A program made the translations under genes and the position numbers. A DNA stretch of 62,848 bases, filler included. It is 4 parts of 4 records of this genome, joined end to end, with 100 filler letters (N's around TTAATTAATTAA, not from the genome) between each part and the next. Parts side by side here need not be neighbours in the genome. Positions count along the whole stretch, not along the records: positions 57,736 to 62,848 come from DRR723986_3440; 3 more parts are not named here. One strand, given 5' to 3'. Under the pieces are notes generated by a model. The model searched no databases, was not told the DNA's origin, and worked only from the letters and a program-made list of their open reading frames with translations. Shown piece after piece: positions 62,651 to 62,848 of the stretch (position 1 is the stretch's first letter; the number at the start of each line of letters is the position of its first letter).

Positions 62651-62848
62651 ATGAGCCACCCAAACAGCATCGCCGCACATAGCCGGGCCATTTTGACCCT
62701 TGGCTTGCCCTTGATTGGCAGCCATTTGGCCCAATTTGCCGTCACCATGACGGATGCCATCATGCTGGGCTGGTATGATATCGAGGTGCTGGCCCAACAG
62801 GTGCTGGGTGGCATGTTGTTTTTCGTGCTGTTCATCTTTGGCTCGGGC
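62651..62848 (+). CDS. MATE family efflux transporter, N-terminal fragment
   Basis: Manual translation MSHPNSIAAHSRAILTLGLPLIGSHLAQFAVTMTDAIMLGWYDIEVLA..., typical MATE TM1 with conserved Asp; not in the ORF track. Confidence 0.8.
   Translation, partial: MSHPNSIAAHSRAILTLGLPLIGSHLAQFAVTMTDAIMLGWYDIEVLAQQVLGGMLFFVLFIFGSG

Noticed and set aside
57736-62848. Novel system in contig 4
   Set aside because: NUDIX-DUF1178-SDR-lysC-ptsP looks like ordinary Rhodobacteraceae-type synteny

Overview
This window is not one locus. It is four unrelated contigs joined by identical 100-nt linkers (N44-TTAATTAATTAA-N44 at 27485-27584, 47877-47976 and 57636-57735). Contig 1 (1-27484) is gammaproteobacterial, probably Spongiibacteraceae/Cellvibrionales-like (inferred), and mostly housekeeping: leuS (partial), lnt, corC, ybeY, phoH, miaB, cmoAB, ychF, pth, rplY, prs, ispE, lolB, hemA, prfA, prmC, moeB, tRNA-Met and tRNA-Gln. 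It also has an RtT-like tRNA-linked repeat and an Ig-like lipoprotein next to a beta-barrel gene. Contig 2 (27585-47876) is betaproteobacterial, probably Limnobacter-like (inferred). It carries a Pro/Gly/Leu/Asp repeat protein, rsmI-yraN-gmhA-BON, and a T6SS tail/baseplate operon (tssA-B-C-hcp-hcp2-E-F-G-clpV). That operon ends in a Tat-signal caspase-family protease rather than vgrG, which is my best candidate for an undescribed system. Contig 3 (47977-57635), of uncertain and possibly FCB-group origin, encodes an ECF sigma/anti-sigma/Spy-like/YHYH/MORN/SCO module with a duplicated candidate ECF promoter, a GH64 glucanase, two VOC proteins and an autoregulated ArsR-SRPBCC pair. Contig 4 (57736-62848) is ordinary Rhodobacteraceae-like DNA: ptsP, lysC, SDR, DUF1178, NUDIX and MATE. 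All calls come from reading motifs by eye; no database searches were run.
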